A stretch of 63,061 bases of DNA, filler included, from Octopus bimaculoides (lineage: Eukaryota), in assembly GCF_001194135.2 (NCBI RefSeq). It is 5 parts of 5 records of this genome, joined end to end, with 100 filler letters (N's around TTAATTAATTAA, not from the genome) between each part and the next. Parts side by side here need not be neighbours in the genome. Positions count along the whole stretch, not along the records: positions 61,990 to 63,061 come from NC_068986.1; 4 more parts are not named here. One strand, written 5' to 3'. A program made the position numbers and the translations under genes. Below, in pieces: positions 62,665 through 63,061 of the stretch. The notes beneath the pieces are model-generated. The model had not been told where the DNA came from and did not search any database. It worked only from the letters and a program-made list of their open reading frames with translations. How positions within the stretch are numbered: position 1 is the stretch's first letter; each line of letters begins with the position of its first letter.

Positions 62665-63061
62665 CGTACATAAATATATATACATACATATAGATGCAGT
62701 ACACATGTAAATATTTATATATACATAAAGATATATATATATATATGTATGTATTCATGTATATCATTATACACTTATATATGTATGTGTACGTGTGCGT
62801 ACGAGTGTATGTATATATATGATATACATACAAATATAAATATATATATATACATATTTATAGATATACATACACGCAGGGACACACCTATCGTGGCACA
62901 CACATACACTCACACACACACATACATATCAGATTAGCTTCATCTGAGAAGACCATTCGAAGAGAAATGTCTCAAAAGATTACAACTCCGCTGTAAGACA
63001 TTCGTAAACATTTCATACAACACAAATATGTGGCAGTGTGTGTGTGTGTGGGGGGGGGGGG
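61990..63061. repeat. Compound TA/CA microsatellite region
   Basis: Directly visible. Confidence 0.9.

Overview
AT-rich, microsatellite- and transposon-dense eukaryotic genomic DNA with many N gaps. It is inferred to be octopus/cephalopod from the repeat content; I cannot confirm the species. Genes I can support: (1) a complete 8-exon SYCP3 (synaptonemal complex protein 3) on + at 15362-26231, predicted 225 aa, ending ...NVRKSLQSMLF; (2) the terminal exon of EMC10 on - at 30206-30292, convergent with SYCP3, with its upstream exons not located; (3) an unidentified 4-exon gene on - at 8655 to about 2839, about 203 aa, divergent from SYCP3. The rest is mostly tRNA-derived SINEs, 5'-truncated RTE LINEs, an RLE-type LINE 3' end, mariner/Tc1, hAT and piggyBac-type MITEs, Helitron/Helentron remnants and simple repeats. 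The most notable non-gene signal is two families of minimal type I hammerhead ribozyme motifs. One lies in a Penelope-like inverted structure at 9.5-10.05 kb. The other forms the 3' tail of a tRNA-headed SINE-like element at 42.84-43.16 kb, and the same family forms a ~300 bp palindrome at 28.24-28.55 kb. Most ORFs in the supplied track are repeat-derived or spurious. No databases were searched; family assignments come from remembered motif similarity.
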